A DNA stretch of 64,000 nt from Bacteroides sp. (GCA_015060705.1 SUXY01000001.1:6525-70524), one strand, 5' to 3'; shown: positions 18,285 through 32,019, counted from the first letter of the stretch. Numbers and translations: made by a program. Notes: a model not told the origin generated them from the sequence alone.

Positions 18285-19772
18285 TTAAATCTCACGATGC
18301 ACTTCGTGACCTTCTACATAAATCGCACTAAACGGACGAGAAGGACAAAGGTTTTCGCAAGCACCACAACCGATGCAACGTTCGGTATTCACTACCGGAA
18401 TCTGCAATGACTTCGGATCGTTGGCATCCTTCGGCACCATTTGGATAGCACCGGTCGGACAATGGCGGGCACAATTGCCACACTTCTGACCGTCAGCATT
18501 CACGATACAGTTCTCAGCAATCCATACGGCATGACCAATCTGAATAGCGGTCTTTTCTTCCTTAGTAATCGGCTTGATAGCACCGGTCGGACATACTTCC
18601 GAACACTTGGTACATTCCGGACGGCAATATCCACGTTCGTACGAAGTTTCCGGTTGCATGAAAGTAGACAAGTCGCTGGATGGACGAAGCACTTGATTCG
18701 GACAAACCGAGATACACAATTGACAGGCGGTACAATGCTGTGCCAAATTCTTAGCACTGAGTGATCCCGGAGGAGTCAACGGAGTTTCACGCTTTGGAAT
18801 TTGCTTGTCTTCGATGGTAGCAAAGCCACCGTCCATTTTCAACTTTTGAGCCTTGGCAACACCTGCACCTGCCATTACCGCAGTGGCTGTAATGAAAGCA
18901 CGACGACCCTTGTCTGCACTAGCACCGGTAGGAGCGGTTTGAACTGATTTCGAACGAGGTACATACTTAATGGCACCTTGACGGCACTTGTCGATGCAAT
19001 CCAAACATACGACGCAACGGCTATAATCGATGGCATGATTCTTCGAATCAATACATGAAGCCTTGCAATTACGGGCACAAAGACCGCAACCGTTACACTT
19101 CGATGTGTCGATGACTGGCTTCAAATAAGAGAAACGAGAAAGGAAACCCAATACAGTACCTACCGGACAAATGGTGTTACAATACGTACGGCCATTCTTG
19201 AATGCCAATACGAAAAGAGCCACCAAAGTAACGATAGCTACCACCAAAGTAATACCACCCTTCAACCAAACATCTACGCTATAGAAAGCATAGCTGTCTG
19301 CACTTTCCGCCCAAGCAGCCAACAGGTTGTTTCCCCATTGGTAAACAGGCGCCAAGAGGTTGGAAGCAATACGTCCATAAGCACTATACGGAGCAATCAA
19401 AGCAGCAATGGAACCGAAACCGGCAACCAATGCCACCACCAATACACCCAACATGACATAGCGAAGGATGTTCATCGGCTTGGAATAAGAATAACGGTTC
19501 TTCTTGGCTTTCTTACCGAACCAACCAAAGATATCTTGCATGACACCCAACGGACAAATGACCGAACAATAGATACGTCCCATGAGAAGGGTAAGCAAAA
19601 TCAAGGCAACGACTACCACAACGTTCAACGCCAAGACAGCCGGCAAGAACTGAATCTTCGCCATCCAACCGAACCATGCATGGATGCTTCCTGTAAAGTC
19701 CAGGAAAAGCAAGGTGATGAGAGCGAAGAAAACAACAGCTAGTATTCTTCTTATTTTACTATTCATAATCAT
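18285..19772 (-). CDS. Membrane-bound polyferredoxin (NapH/MauN-like membrane part fused to NapF/MauM-like ferredoxin)
   Basis: TM helices with GRIYCSVICPLG and GRTYCNTICPVG, multiple CxxCxxCxxxC(P) motifs, internal GRRAF followed by a hydrophobic stretch. Start ATG 19772 (or 19766). Confidence 0.85.
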   Translation of the reverse strand: MIMNSKIRRILAVVFFALITLLFLDFTGSIHAWFGWMAKIQFLPAVLALNVVVVVALILLTLLMGRIYCSVICPLGVMQDIFGWFGKKAKKNRYSYSKPMNILRYVMLGVLVVALVAGFGSIAALIAPYSAYGRIASNLLAPVYQWGNNLLAAWAESADSYAFYSVDVWLKGGITLVVAIVTLVALFVLAFKNGRTYCNTICPVGTVLGFLSRFSYLKPVIDTSKCNGCGLCARNCKASCIDSKNHAIDYSRCVVCLDCIDKCRQGAIKYVPRSKSVQTAPTGASADKGRRAFITATAVMAGAGVAKAQKLKMDGGFATIEDKQIPKRETPLTPPGSLSAKNLAQHCTACQLCISVCPNQVLRPSSDLSTFMQPETSYERGYCRPECTKCSEVCPTGAIKPITKEEKTAIQIGHAVWIAENCIVNADGQKCGNCARHCPTGAIQMVPKDANDPKSLQIPVVNTERCIGCGACENLCPSRPFSAIYVEGHEVHREI

Positions 19773-19784
19773 CAATTTAATGGT

Positions 19785-21161
19785 TTATAATGTTTCTTGC
19801 TTCAACTGTTCGATGAACTTGTCGATACGTTCAATTTCACGAGGGATATTGATACGTTGCGGACAATGTTCGTTACACTGACCACAGCTGGTACAATGGT
19901 CGGCTTGGCGAAGCTTTTCTACCGTACGGTCATAACTTACGAGATATGCACGACGGGCAGCGCGATAATTCGGGTCTTGACTATTCTTTGGCACATTACC
20001 TTCGTTTACACATTTATTATAATGTAAGAGAATACCCGGAATATCGATACCATACGGACAAGGCATACAATACTTACAGTCGTTGCAATCCACAATCGGA
20101 TATTGCTTGTAAATCTGTGCGGTTTCTTCCAAGAATTCGAGTTCCTCGTCTGTCAACGGTTCAAGCGGAGAGAAAGTCTTCAAGTTGTCTACCAAGTGTT
20201 CTTTATATGTCATACCACTGAGAACAGTCAACACACCCGGATGATGTCCGGCAAAACGGAATGCCCAGGAAGCAACACTGTCATCCGGACGACGTTGTTT
20301 CAAACGAGCCACCAAGTGATCGGCCATGTTCGAGAGACGGCCACCCAACAACGGTTCCATGATATTAACTGGAATATTTCGCTTGGCCAATTCGTTGTAC
20401 AAATACTCTGCATGATTATTGCGGGAAGCATGACGCCAATCCACATAATTCAACTGAATCATGGCGAAATCCCATTTCACATCCATGCTCAACACATAAT
20501 CGAATGTAGCCACATCGCCATGGAAAGACCAACCCAAATTACGGATACGACCGGCTTCACGTTCTTTCAACAAGAAATCGAGCAAACCATTGTAGATGAA
20601 TCGTTCCTTGAAAGTTTCGATACCTTTACCACCACCGATAGAGTGCAACAAATAATAGTCGATGTAATCTACCTGAAGATTCTTCAAGGAGTTGTGATAC
20701 ATCTCTACCGAACGCTTGAAATCTGGAATACGCGGATTCGACATTTTGGTTGCGATAAAGAACTTTTCGCGTGGATGCCGCTTGAGCGCAATACCCATCG
20801 CTGCTTCCGACTGACCTTGCAAATAAACAGGAGCCGTATCAAAGAAATTTACACCATGCTCAATGGCATAATCTACCAATTCGTTTACTTTTTCCTGATC
20901 AACGATGTCTTTTCCTTCCTCATTCTTCTTCATCGGCCAACGCATACATCCATAACCGAGAATTGAAACCTTGTCGCCTGTATTCGGATTGGTACGGTAA
21001 GTCATTTCACCGGTTGGTTCGCCACCTGTACCTTCCACAGACCATTTTTGCTTGGACTTGTTGTCCGAAGAACAACTAGCTAGAGAAGCCCCTGAAACTA
21101 CAGCACCTGCAAGGCCCAGTTTTTTCAGAAAATCTCTACGTCCTAATTCTTTATTAGCCAT
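19785..21161 (-). CDS. Aldo/keto reductase with C-terminal 4Fe-4S dicluster and Tat/lipoprotein-like N-terminus
   Basis: GRRDFLKK...LASC; LGYGCMR, FFDTAPVY, IATK, YLLH; CNDCKYCMPCP and CTSCGQCNEHCP. Confidence 0.88.
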   Translation of the reverse strand: MANKELGRRDFLKKLGLAGAVVSGASLASCSSDNKSKQKWSVEGTGGEPTGEMTYRTNPNTGDKVSILGYGCMRWPMKKNEEGKDIVDQEKVNELVDYAIEHGVNFFDTAPVYLQGQSEAAMGIALKRHPREKFFIATKMSNPRIPDFKRSVEMYHNSLKNLQVDYIDYYLLHSIGGGKGIETFKERFIYNGLLDFLLKEREAGRIRNLGWSFHGDVATFDYVLSMDVKWDFAMIQLNYVDWRHASRNNHAEYLYNELAKRNIPVNIMEPLLGGRLSNMADHLVARLKQRRPDDSVASWAFRFAGHHPGVLTVLSGMTYKEHLVDNLKTFSPLEPLTDEELEFLEETAQIYKQYPIVDCNDCKYCMPCPYGIDIPGILLHYNKCVNEGNVPKNSQDPNYRAARRAYLVSYDRTVEKLRQADHCTSCGQCNEHCPQRINIPREIERIDKFIEQLKQETL

Positions 21162-21323
21162 ATAAATGTAATATTATAAACTTATGTAAACCTTTTGCAA
21201 ATATATTCGAAAAACGAGAAATTCACAACAAATTCCGAAATTATCACAATTATTCTTAACATGATGAAGGTAAAATGTTTATATTTGCGCCCAATCTGGA
21301 AACATTTATAAAAACTATAGACG

Positions 21324-22871
21324 ATGAAAAAATTTTTTATGGCAGCATTTGTAGCTGCAACCCTATGTGTAGGCAATGCCTTTGCACAACCGGCAGCCGT
21401 CAAGAAAATCATCGAGACAGCTAAGGTAGACAATCAAACCATGCATCACTTGGATATCTTGAGTAATCGCTTCGGAGGTCGTCTGATTGGTTCGGATGCA
21501 TACGAAAACGCAGCCGAATGGATGTTGCGTGAATTCAAGAAGTGGGGCATCGAAGCTCACTTGGAAGAAGCAGGCGAAGTTCCTGTAGGTTTCAACCGTG
21601 GACCTTGGTTCGGTCGTATGATTGGTGGTGACCAACCGATGACACTGCATTTCTGTACTCCATCACATACTTCAGGTACAAAAGGTTTGCAACGTGGTCA
21701 TGTATTGATTGAACCACAATCGGATGCAGAATTCAATCGCATGAAGCATCAGTTGAAAGGTGCATGGGTGTTGGTAGGAGGATTAAACGCTGGTTGGCCG
21801 CTCCCTCACTCAGCTAAGGATGATTCTATCCGTGCAGAACAAAAGGCCAAGAATGCTGAAATCGCTAAGAAAAACAACGAAATCCGCATGAAGAACCGTA
21901 TGAACGGAACCAATGAGCCAATGCTCAAGATGGAAGAAGTTCCAGGTTTGTATTATCGCGAAATGGTCGAAGCAGGTGTACTCGGTTTCATCCAAGCATC
22001 TGCAGTGCCTATCCGTGCATTGTATGACCGCCCGATGGTGAACGATCCAAACACAACTTTCGACAACTTGCCGGAAATTTGTGACATCAAGTTGGACGAA
22101 AACCAATTTGCAATCATCAAGAAGATGGCTCAAGAAAGACGTGAATTCTGGTTGGAATTTGATATCCGCAACCACTTCAAGTTGGGTCCAATCAAGTATC
22201 ACAATGTTGTAGCTTCTATCAAGGGTACTCATTATCCGGATGAATATGTAATCATCAGCGGTCACCTTGATGCATACGATGTGGCAACAGGTGGTGTAGA
22301 CTGTGGTACAGGTATCGCTCCGATGATGGAAGCCGCTCGTTTAATTGCTCTTTCAGGTGCTAAGCCAAAGCGTACGATCCTTTTCGTAGGCTTTGCCGGT
22401 GAAGAATTCGGCTTGTTGGGTGCCAAGGCATTCTGCAAGACTCACAAGGACAAGTTGCCGAAGATTGCTAACCTCTTCAACCGTGACGGTGGTCCAACTC
22501 CAGCTGTAGGTATTTCAGTGCCAAAAGCCATGTACGATGACTTTGTAGAAATCTGCAAGCCTATCAAGGATATCAATCCGGAATATCCTTTCGAAGTAAC
22601 CGTAGCTCAACCACGCAAGAAACCGACTCAAATGGGTGGTACCGATGCAAGTGTATTTGCTGTTAACGGTGTACCTACTTATGGATTCCGAGAACAAGAC
22701 TTCAAGGGTTACAACTTCAACTATGGTGAAATCTGGCATACCGAACGTGACCTTTACACCAAGAGTATTCCAGAATACATGGAACACACATCGGTTGTAA
22801 CAGCTATCGTAGCATTGGGTGTTGCTAATTTAAAGCACCAATTATCAAGAGAAGGCATGTATACAGAGTAA
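21324..22871 (+). CDS. Secreted M28-family (M20/M25/M40 clan) metallopeptidase
   Basis: Signal peptide; metal-ligand motifs SGHLD, GGVDCGTG, GEEFGLLG, GGTD, WHTERD. Confidence 0.85.
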   Translation: MKKFFMAAFVAATLCVGNAFAQPAAVKKIIETAKVDNQTMHHLDILSNRFGGRLIGSDAYENAAEWMLREFKKWGIEAHLEEAGEVPVGFNRGPWFGRMIGGDQPMTLHFCTPSHTSGTKGLQRGHVLIEPQSDAEFNRMKHQLKGAWVLVGGLNAGWPLPHSAKDDSIRAEQKAKNAEIAKKNNEIRMKNRMNGTNEPMLKMEEVPGLYYREMVEAGVLGFIQASAVPIRALYDRPMVNDPNTTFDNLPEICDIKLDENQFAIIKKMAQERREFWLEFDIRNHFKLGPIKYHNVVASIKGTHYPDEYVIISGHLDAYDVATGGVDCGTGIAPMMEAARLIALSGAKPKRTILFVGFAGEEFGLLGAKAFCKTHKDKLPKIANLFNRDGGPTPAVGISVPKAMYDDFVEICKPIKDINPEYPFEVTVAQPRKKPTQMGGTDASVFAVNGVPTYGFREQDFKGYNFNYGEIWHTERDLYTKSIPEYMEHTSVVTAIVALGVANLKHQLSREGMYTE

Positions 22872-22902
22872 TTAATGCCCTATTTTACATCATTATTGAT
22901 AG

Positions 22903-24555
<1,653 letters not shown>

Positions 24556-24561
24556 AGGAAT

Positions 24562-24810
24562 ATGAACAAGACAATGGATATGACTATCGCTACTCCCGAA
24601 GGAATCGTATTCGAAGGGAAAGTAGAAAGTGCCAAGTTTCCGGGAGCTTCGGGTGCCTTTACCGTATTGCCAAGACATGCTGCTCTGATTTCGGCTCTTA
24701 CAGCAGGGAAGATTACCTATACCCAAGAAGGGAAACCAACCGAAGTTATTATTCGGGGAGGGTTCGTTGAAATTAAAAAAGATAGATTATCCGTTTGTGT
24801 AGAAGTATAA
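24562..24810 (+). CDS. atpC: F1Fo ATP synthase subunit epsilon (N-terminal beta-sandwich only)
   Basis: IATPEG, FPGASGAFTVLPRHAALI, GGFVE; 82 aa with no C-terminal helices. Confidence 0.9.
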   Translation: MNKTMDMTIATPEGIVFEGKVESAKFPGASGAFTVLPRHAALISALTAGKITYTQEGKPTEVIIRGGFVEIKKDRLSVCVEV

Positions 24811-24814
24811 GCCA

Positions 24815-25222
24815 ATGAGTATCTCACTGACTAAAAAACTCTTTATCACTTGGTACACGTTGCTGATGTTGGTTGCCGGTTGGACCATAGGTCCGGCCAT
24901 AGCTACTTGGTTGCCGGAGCATTATTTTGAATGGTATCCTTTTATACCGGTGTTCTTTTACATTTTCGGTTGGTTTACCATATCCATGTTTGAAGCTTGT
25001 CGCCGATACGCTCCTCAAAAGATGCAATTGGTTTACTTAAGTACCAAAGGAATCAAGATGTTTTTCTCGCTGATCATTTTATTGATTTATGCGGTAAAAG
25101 TAGAAGAAAAGAAAGTGGAGTTTTTCTTGACATTCTTTGCATTCTACATCATCAGTTTGGTATTCGAGAGTTGGTTCTTTTTTCGCTATGAGCGGGAACA
25201 TAAAGGAATAGAAAAACAATGA
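24815..25222 (+). CDS. Membrane protein in the atp operon (AtpI-like accessory protein)
   Basis: ~4 TM helices; lies between atpC and atpB and overlaps the atpB start. Confidence 0.65.
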   Translation: MSISLTKKLFITWYTLLMLVAGWTIGPAIATWLPEHYFEWYPFIPVFFYIFGWFTISMFEACRRYAPQKMQLVYLSTKGIKMFFSLIILLIYAVKVEEKKVEFFLTFFAFYIISLVFESWFFFRYEREHKGIEKQ

Positions 25223-26283
25223 AGACATTGAAATACATACTAGGAATGATTTTCTGCTTGATGATAGCATTGCCTTTAAAAGCATCCAGTCATCAGGAAG
25301 CAGGAAAGGTAGATGCGAAAGAAATCGTCTTTCATCATATTCAAGATACCTATGAATGGCACATCACTTCATGGGGAGAGAAGCATTTCACCATTTCATT
25401 ACCTATCATCGTATATAGTCAGGAGACGGGTTGGCATTGTTTCTCCTCCTCACACTTGCTTCACGCCGAAGGAGAGAGTTATGAAGGATTCAAGATAGCT
25501 ACCGAAGGTTCGCATGAAGGGAAGGTGGTTGAAACGTTATCAAACGGTGAAGAAGTTCGTCCTTTCGATATTTCCATTACCAAGACCGTACTTTCCTTAT
25601 TTATCAATTGTTTGGTGGTCATCGGTATCATCCTTTATACTGCCCGTTGGTACAAGAGAAGTACTCCTGAAAGTCCTGCTCCTAAAGGCTTCATCGGTTT
25701 CATGGAAATGTTTATCATGATGATTGAAGAAGATGTCATCAAGAGTTGTATCGGTAAGGATTACAAGAAGTATTCACCTTATCTGCTGACGGCCTTCTTC
25801 TTCATCTTCATCAACAACATCATGGGATTGATACCGGTATTCCCAGGAGGTGGTAATGTGACAGGTAATATTGCCATTACCCTCGTTTTGGCACTATGTA
25901 CTTTCATTGCCGTCAATGTATTCGGTACCAAGGAATATTGGAAAGAAATTTTATGGCCGGAAGTACCGATGTGGTTGAAGTGTCCGGTTCCTATCATGCC
26001 AGCTATCGAATTGTTCGGTATCTTCACCAAGCCTTTTGCTTTGATGATCCGTTTGTTTGCCAATATCATGGCCGGACACTCTATCATCCTGGCATTGACC
26101 AGCATCGTGTTTGTAACCGCCAGTATGGGAGCGGTCATCAGTACATCGATGAGCATTGTATCGGTACTTTTCAGCATCTTCATGAATTGCGTAGAAGTAT
26201 TGGTAGCATTTATTCAAGCGTATGTATTTACCATGCTTTCGGCGGTATTTATCGGCATGTCAAGAGTTGAAGGACATCATTAA
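25219..26283 (+). CDS. atpB: F1Fo ATP synthase subunit a
   Basis: KPFALMIRLFANIMAGH, FIQAYVFTMLS; Bacteroidetes-type N-terminal extension. Confidence 0.96.
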   Translation: MKTLKYILGMIFCLMIALPLKASSHQEAGKVDAKEIVFHHIQDTYEWHITSWGEKHFTISLPIIVYSQETGWHCFSSSHLLHAEGESYEGFKIATEGSHEGKVVETLSNGEEVRPFDISITKTVLSLFINCLVVIGIILYTARWYKRSTPESPAPKGFIGFMEMFIMMIEEDVIKSCIGKDYKKYSPYLLTAFFFIFINNIMGLIPVFPGGGNVTGNIAITLVLALCTFIAVNVFGTKEYWKEILWPEVPMWLKCPVPIMPAIELFGIFTKPFALMIRLFANIMAGHSIILALTSIVFVTASMGAVISTSMSIVSVLFSIFMNCVEVLVAFIQAYVFTMLSAVFIGMSRVEGHH

Positions 26284-26312
26284 TAATGAGAATTAGACAA
26301 AATAAGAAATAA

Positions 26313-26591
<279 letters not shown>

Positions 26592-26603
26592 TCGTCAGGG
26601 CCT

Positions 26604-27107
26604 ATGTCATTGTTAGTGCCCGATAGTGGTTTGCTTTTCTGGATGCTGCTTTCCTTCGGCATCGTGTTCTTTGTGCTTGCCAAGTTCGGCTTCCCTATTA
26701 TTACTAAAATGGTGGAAGAACGGAAGCAGTACATCGACCACTCGCTGATTGTAGCCAAGGAAGCCAATGAACAGCTTGCCAACATCAAGGCGGAAGGTGA
26801 AAGTATCCTGACGAAGGCCAACGAAGAACAAGTGCGTATTCTGAAGGAAGCCGCCGAAGCCCGTGAACATATCGTACGAGAAGCCAAAGAACAAGCCCGC
26901 ATCGAAGGCGACAAAATCTTGGCGGAAGTACGCCGACAGATTCAGATGGAAAAAGAAGATGCTATCCGTGATATCCGCCAACAAGTGGCTGTCCTCTCGG
27001 TAGATATTGCTGAAAAGGTACTTCGCAAGAATCTCAATACAGACAAGGAGCAAATGGCGATGATTGACCGGATGCTTGACGAATTAACCAATGTTTCTAA
27101 AAACTGA
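26604..27107 (+). CDS. atpF: F1Fo ATP synthase subunit b
   Basis: N-terminal TM helix followed by a charged coiled coil; operon position. Confidence 0.93.
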   Translation: MSLLVPDSGLLFWMLLSFGIVFFVLAKFGFPIITKMVEERKQYIDHSLIVAKEANEQLANIKAEGESILTKANEEQVRILKEAAEAREHIVREAKEQARIEGDKILAEVRRQIQMEKEDAIRDIRQQVAVLSVDIAEKVLRKNLNTDKEQMAMIDRMLDELTNVSKN

Positions 27108-27112
27108 TTGCT

Positions 27113-27667
27113 ATGAATTTAGGTACCATTTCCATGAGATATGCCCGAGCATTGCTGATGTTTGCCAACGATGCCGGTGTGGCCGCAAAGGTATATCATG
27201 AAGCATTGACGCTACGCAAGAGTTTTCGTGAAGTACCCGAACTCCGAAGTGCAATGGAGAAGCCTGTCATGACCCACGAAAATAAACTTCTATTATTGAA
27301 GCAAGCAGCAGGAGGGGAAATTACGGAGCAGATGCAAAAATTCATTGCCTTGGTATTGCAGGAAAAAAGGGAAAAGTATCTGATGGGAATCAACCAAAGT
27401 TTCATTGACCTTTACCGGAAGCAGGAGAAAATCCATGTAGGCAAACTAACTACTGCTGTACCTATCAAGCCGGAGGAAGTGGAACGTATCCGTCGTATCG
27501 TAGTAGAATCGGCTGGAGGTACCGCCGAATTTGCCACGAAGGTAGATCCAAAGATAGAAGGTGGTTTCATCTTTGAAATCAACACGTATCGTCTCAATGC
27601 CAGTGTAGCCGACCAGATGCGACGTATCAAGCAACAATTTATAGAAAAGAACCGAAGAATTGTATAA
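27113..27667 (+). CDS. atpH: F1Fo ATP synthase subunit delta
   Basis: RYARAL, VDPKIEGGF, operon position. Confidence 0.92.
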   Translation: MNLGTISMRYARALLMFANDAGVAAKVYHEALTLRKSFREVPELRSAMEKPVMTHENKLLLLKQAAGGEITEQMQKFIALVLQEKREKYLMGINQSFIDLYRKQEKIHVGKLTTAVPIKPEEVERIRRIVVESAGGTAEFATKVDPKIEGGFIFEINTYRLNASVADQMRRIKQQFIEKNRRIV

Positions 27668-27679
27668 AAAGAAAGAAGT

Positions 27680-29266
27680 ATGTCCGAAAATATAAGACCC
27701 AGTGAAGTTTCCGAAATCTTGCTTCAGCAACTCAAGGAAATCGATACCTCACTTCAATTTGAAGAAGTGGGTACGGTGCTACAAGTAAGCGACGGTGTGG
27801 TGCGTATCTATGGATTGCTCAATGCCGAAGCCAATGAATTGTTGGAGTTTGAAAACGGTATCAAGGCCATTGTAATGAACCTTGAAGAAGACAATGTGGG
27901 TGCCGTGTTGCTCGGTCCTACCGACCATATCAAGGAAGGTATGATTGTGAAACGAACCAAACGTATCGCTTCCATAAAAGTAGGCGAGGGGATGTTGGGA
28001 CGTGTCATCGACCCAACCGGTGAACCATTGGATGGTAGGGGAATGATTGGTGGAGAATTATGCGAAATGCCGCTAGAAAGAAAAGCACCAGGTGTTATTT
28101 TCCGTCAACCGGTAAACCAACCATTGCAGACTGGTTTGAAGTCAGTAGACGCCATGATTCCTATCGGAAGAGGTCAGCGTGAGTTGATCATCGGTGACCG
28201 CCAAACAGGAAAGACCGCTATTGCCATTGATACGATCATCAACCAAAAAGCGAATTACGAAGCTGGTAAACCGGTATATTGTATTTATGTTGCCGTTGGT
28301 CAGAAGGGTTCTACGGTAGCCAATATCGTAAATACCTTGAAAGAAAAGGGCGCCATGGACTATACCATTGTAGTAGCCGCTACGGCCGCTGATCCAGCCG
28401 CGTTGCAATATTTTGCTCCGTTTGCAGGTGCCGCTATCGGTGAGTATTTCCGCGATACAGGACGTGATGCGCTTGTCGTTTATGATGACCTTTCCAAACA
28501 AGCCGTGGCTTATCGTGAAGTATCCTTGATTCTTCGTCGTCCTTCGGGTCGTGAAGCTTATCCGGGGGATATCTTCTACCTCCATTCACGATTGCTTGAA
28601 CGTGCCGCCAAGATCATCAACCAACAAGAAGTAGCCGAACAAATGAACGACCTTCCGGAAAGTCTTCGTGGACGAGTAAAAGGTGGTGGCTCATTGACCG
28701 CATTGCCTATCATCGAGACACAAGCTGGTGACGTATCGGCTTATATCCCGACCAATGTGATTTCCATTACCGACGGGCAGATCTTTTTGGAAACCGACCT
28801 TTTCAACCAAGGTTTCCGTCCGGCAATCAATGTGGGTATCTCGGTATCACGTGTAGGAGGTAGTGCTCAAATCAAGAGTATGAAGAAGGTAGCGGGTACA
28901 TTGAAGATTGACCAAGCCCAATACCGTGAATTGGAAGCCTTCTCCAAGTTCAGTAGCGACATGGATGCCGTAACCGCTATGGCTATTGACAGAGGTAGAA
29001 AGAACAACAAATTGCTTATCCAACCTCAATATAGTCCGATGCCGGTAGGAGAACAAATTGCGGTACTCTATTGTGGAGTACATAGCTTGATGCGCGACAT
29101 TTCCTTGGAAAAAGTAGCAGAATTCCAGGAGGCTTTCCTCGAAACCATGCGAATCAAGCATCAAAACGACGTTATCGATGTATTGGCTTCTGGAATCATC
29201 AATAACGATGTAACTTCGATCATCGAACAAGTAGCGAAAGAAACGGCAAAAGCCTTTAAAAACTAA
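27680..29266 (+). CDS. atpA: F1Fo ATP synthase subunit alpha
   Basis: [30 protein letters not shown]. Confidence 0.98.
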   Translation: MSENIRPSEVSEILLQQLKEIDTSLQFEEVGTVLQVSDGVVRIYGLLNAEANELLEFENGIKAIVMNLEEDNVGAVLLGPTDHIKEGMIVKRTKRIASIKVGEGMLGRVIDPTGEPLDGRGMIGGELCEMPLERKAPGVIFRQPVNQPLQTGLKSVDAMIPIGRGQRELIIGDRQTGKTAIAIDTIINQKANYEAGKPVYCIYVAVGQKGSTVANIVNTLKEKGAMDYTIVVAATAADPAALQYFAPFAGAAIGEYFRDTGRDALVVYDDLSKQAVAYREVSLILRRPSGREAYPGDIFYLHSRLLERAAKIINQQEVAEQMNDLPESLRGRVKGGGSLTALPIIETQAGDVSAYIPTNVISITDGQIFLETDLFNQGFRPAINVGISVSRVGGSAQIKSMKKVAGTLKIDQAQYRELEAFSKFSSDMDAVTAMAIDRGRKNNKLLIQPQYSPMPVGEQIAVLYCGVHSLMRDISLEKVAEFQEAFLETMRIKHQNDVIDVLASGIINNDVTSIIEQVAKETAKAFKN

Positions 29267-29272
29267 CGTATT

Positions 29273-30136
29273 ATGGCATCACTGAAAGAAGTCAAGGGAC
29301 GCATAGCCACCGTGAACAATACCCGTAAAATCACGTCGGCCATGAAAATGGTAGCCTCTGCCAAACTCCATAAAGCACAGGCGGCCATTACCAACATGTT
29401 GCCCTATGAACAACGTTTGCATCGTTTGCTCACCAACTTCTTGAACGGTGAGGAGATTTCATCGTGTTATTCTCAGATAAAAGAGGTGAAACGCATCGCA
29501 CTGATCGTCTTCTCTTCCAATTCCAGTCTTTGCGGGGGATTCAATGCCAATGTCATCAAACACACGAACCAGTGGATGGATGAACATAAAGCATTGGGAA
29601 AAGAAAACATATTGATCTATCCCGTAGGAAGAAAGGTAGCCGATGCCATAATCAAGCAAGGATATGAAGTACAAGGCGATTTCCAACACATGGCAGACAA
29701 GCCTTCTTTTGCCGAAGCTTCGGCATTGGCACAAGAGTTGATGGATATGTATGAACGGGGAGAGATAGATAGAGTGGAAATTCTATACAATCATTTTAAG
29801 AATACGGCTTCGCAAATTCTTACCCATGAAGTTTATTTGCCGATACCTATCCAAGCTTCCGATGAATTAGCTTCCAAGGAGGATACAGATTATATTTTGG
29901 AACCTTCACGTGAAGAGTTGCTTGCGATGCTTTTGCCCAAAGTGCTCCGTATGAAGCTATATACGATTTTGTTAGACTCCAATGCATCCGAACATGCCGC
30001 CCGTACCATGGCCATGCAAATTGCGACGGACAATGCCGACGACTTGTTACAAGAACTTACGTTGATGTACAACAAGACCCGTCAACAAGCGATTACCAAC
30101 GAATTGCTGGATATTGTGGGTGGTTCGATGGCATAA
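29273..30136 (+). CDS. atpG: F1Fo ATP synthase subunit gamma
   Basis: KITSAMKMVA, LCGGFN, SEHAART, RQQAITNEL. Confidence 0.97.
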   Translation: MASLKEVKGRIATVNNTRKITSAMKMVASAKLHKAQAAITNMLPYEQRLHRLLTNFLNGEEISSCYSQIKEVKRIALIVFSSNSSLCGGFNANVIKHTNQWMDEHKALGKENILIYPVGRKVADAIIKQGYEVQGDFQHMADKPSFAEASALAQELMDMYERGEIDRVEILYNHFKNTASQILTHEVYLPIPIQASDELASKEDTDYILEPSREELLAMLLPKVLRMKLYTILLDSNASEHAARTMAMQIATDNADDLLQELTLMYNKTRQQAITNELLDIVGGSMA

Positions 30137-30178
30137 ATATTCATCTATAGATGTAGAATTTACAGTTAAATAATAAAG

Positions 30179-30213
30179 AATGGTTGTATTGATTGCGATG
30201 CAACCATTTTTTA
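30179..30213 (+). terminator. atp operon terminator, followed directly by the aspS -7 element (TATCTTTG, 30215-30222)
   Basis: AATGGTTGTATTG-ATTG-CGATGCAACCATT (with G-U pairs) plus T tract. Confidence 0.7.
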
Positions 30214-30253
30214 TTATCTTTGCGCCACTAATAAATTAAAAACGTAGAAGATT

Positions 30254-32014
30254 ATGTTCAGAAGTCATACATGCGGCGAGTTGAGACTGGCCGATGCAGG
30301 AAAGAGCGTGACACTGGCCGGATGGGTACAGCGTGCACGTAAAATGGGAGGGATGACCTTTGTGGATCTCCGCGACCGTTATGGTATCACTCAATTGGTG
30401 TTCAATGCGGAAGTAAATGCGGACTTGTGCGAACAGGCTAGCCACTTGGGACGTGAATTCGTCATTCAAGTGACTGGAGAAGTGAACGAACGCTCGAACA
30501 AGAATGCCAATATCCCGACTGGTGAAATCGAAATCATCGTTTCGGAAATGAATGTACTGAACAGTGCATTGACTCCTCCGTTTACCATTGAAGACAATAG
30601 CGATGGTGGAGACGACATCCGTATGAAATACCGTTATTTGGACTTGCGCCGTACTCCGGTTCGCAAGAACTTGGAATTGCGTCACCGAATGACTATGGAA
30701 GTACGCCGTTACTTGGACAGCAAGGGTTTCTTGGAAATCGAAACTCCAATGTTGGTTGGTTCGACTCCAGAAGGTGCACGTGACTTTGTGGTACCCTCTC
30801 GTATGAATCCGGGACAGTTCTATGCATTGCCACAGTCTCCTCAGACATTGAAGCAGTTGTTGATGGTTTCGGGCATGGACCGTTACTTCCAGATTGTAAA
30901 GTGTTTCCGTGACGAGGACTTACGTGCTGACCGTCAACCGGAATTTACTCAGATTGACTGTGAAATGAGCTTTGTAGAACAAGAAGATGTAATCAGCTTG
31001 TTCGAAGGTATGGCAAAGCACCTCTTCAAGGAACTCCGTGGGGTAGAATTGACAGAACCGTTTATCCGCATGCCATGGGCGGATGCCATGAAGTATTATG
31101 GTAGCGACAAGCCAGATATCCGTTTCGGCATGAAGTTCGTGGAATTGATGGACATCATGAAGGGGCATGGTTTCCCTGTATTCGACAATGCTGCTTATGT
31201 AGGTGGTATCTGTGCTGAAGGTGCAGCTAGCTATACCCGCAAGCAGTTGGACCAATTGACCGACTATGTGAAGCGTCCACAGATCGGTGCAAAGGGTATG
31301 GTATACGCTCGTGTAGAAGCTGATGGTAATGTGAAGTCAAGCGTAGACAAATTCTACTCTCAGGAAGTATTGCAGCAGATGAAGGAAGCCTTCGGTGCGA
31401 AGCCGGGTGACTTGATTTTGATCCTTAGCGGTGACGATGCCATGAAGACTCGTAAGCAACTTTGCGAATTGCGTCTGGAAGTAGGCCGTCAGCTTGGTTT
31501 GCGCGACAAGAACCAGTTTGCTTGTCTGTGGGTGGTAGACTTCCCAATGTTTGAATGGAGCGAAGAAGAAGGTCGCTTGATGGCTATGCACCATCCGTTT
31601 ACTCACCCGAAAGATGAAGACATCCCAATGTTGGATACCAACCCGGCAGCTGTACGTGCAGATGCCTACGACATGGTTATCAATGGGGTAGAAGTAGGTG
31701 GTGGCTCTATCCGTATCCACGATTCACAATTGCAGGCTAAGATGTTCGAAATCCTTGGATTCACACCGGAAAAGGCACAGGAACAGTTTGGCTTCCTAAT
31801 GAATGCATTCAAGTATGGTGCACCTCCTCACGGTGGTTTGGCATATGGTTTGGACCGTTGGGTATCCCTCTTTGCTGGTCTGGACAGTATCCGCGACTGT
31901 ATTGCATTCCCAAAGAACAACAGCGGACGCGACGTGATGTTGGATGCACCGGCAGCACTCGATCAAAAGCAGTTGGACGAATTGCAATTGGCTTTAGACT
32001 TGAAAGAAGAATAA
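30254..32014 (+). CDS. aspS: Aspartate--tRNA ligase
   Basis: [53 protein letters not shown]. Confidence 0.98.
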   Translation: MFRSHTCGELRLADAGKSVTLAGWVQRARKMGGMTFVDLRDRYGITQLVFNAEVNADLCEQASHLGREFVIQVTGEVNERSNKNANIPTGEIEIIVSEMNVLNSALTPPFTIEDNSDGGDDIRMKYRYLDLRRTPVRKNLELRHRMTMEVRRYLDSKGFLEIETPMLVGSTPEGARDFVVPSRMNPGQFYALPQSPQTLKQLLMVSGMDRYFQIVKCFRDEDLRADRQPEFTQIDCEMSFVEQEDVISLFEGMAKHLFKELRGVELTEPFIRMPWADAMKYYGSDKPDIRFGMKFVELMDIMKGHGFPVFDNAAYVGGICAEGAASYTRKQLDQLTDYVKRPQIGAKGMVYARVEADGNVKSSVDKFYSQEVLQQMKEAFGAKPGDLILILSGDDAMKTRKQLCELRLEVGRQLGLRDKNQFACLWVVDFPMFEWSEEEGRLMAMHHPFTHPKDEDIPMLDTNPAAVRADAYDMVINGVEVGGGSIRIHDSQLQAKMFEILGFTPEKAQEQFGFLMNAFKYGAPPHGGLAYGLDRWVSLFAGLDSIRDCIAFPKNNSGRDVMLDAPAALDQKQLDELQLALDLKEE

Positions 32015-32019
32015 AATAT

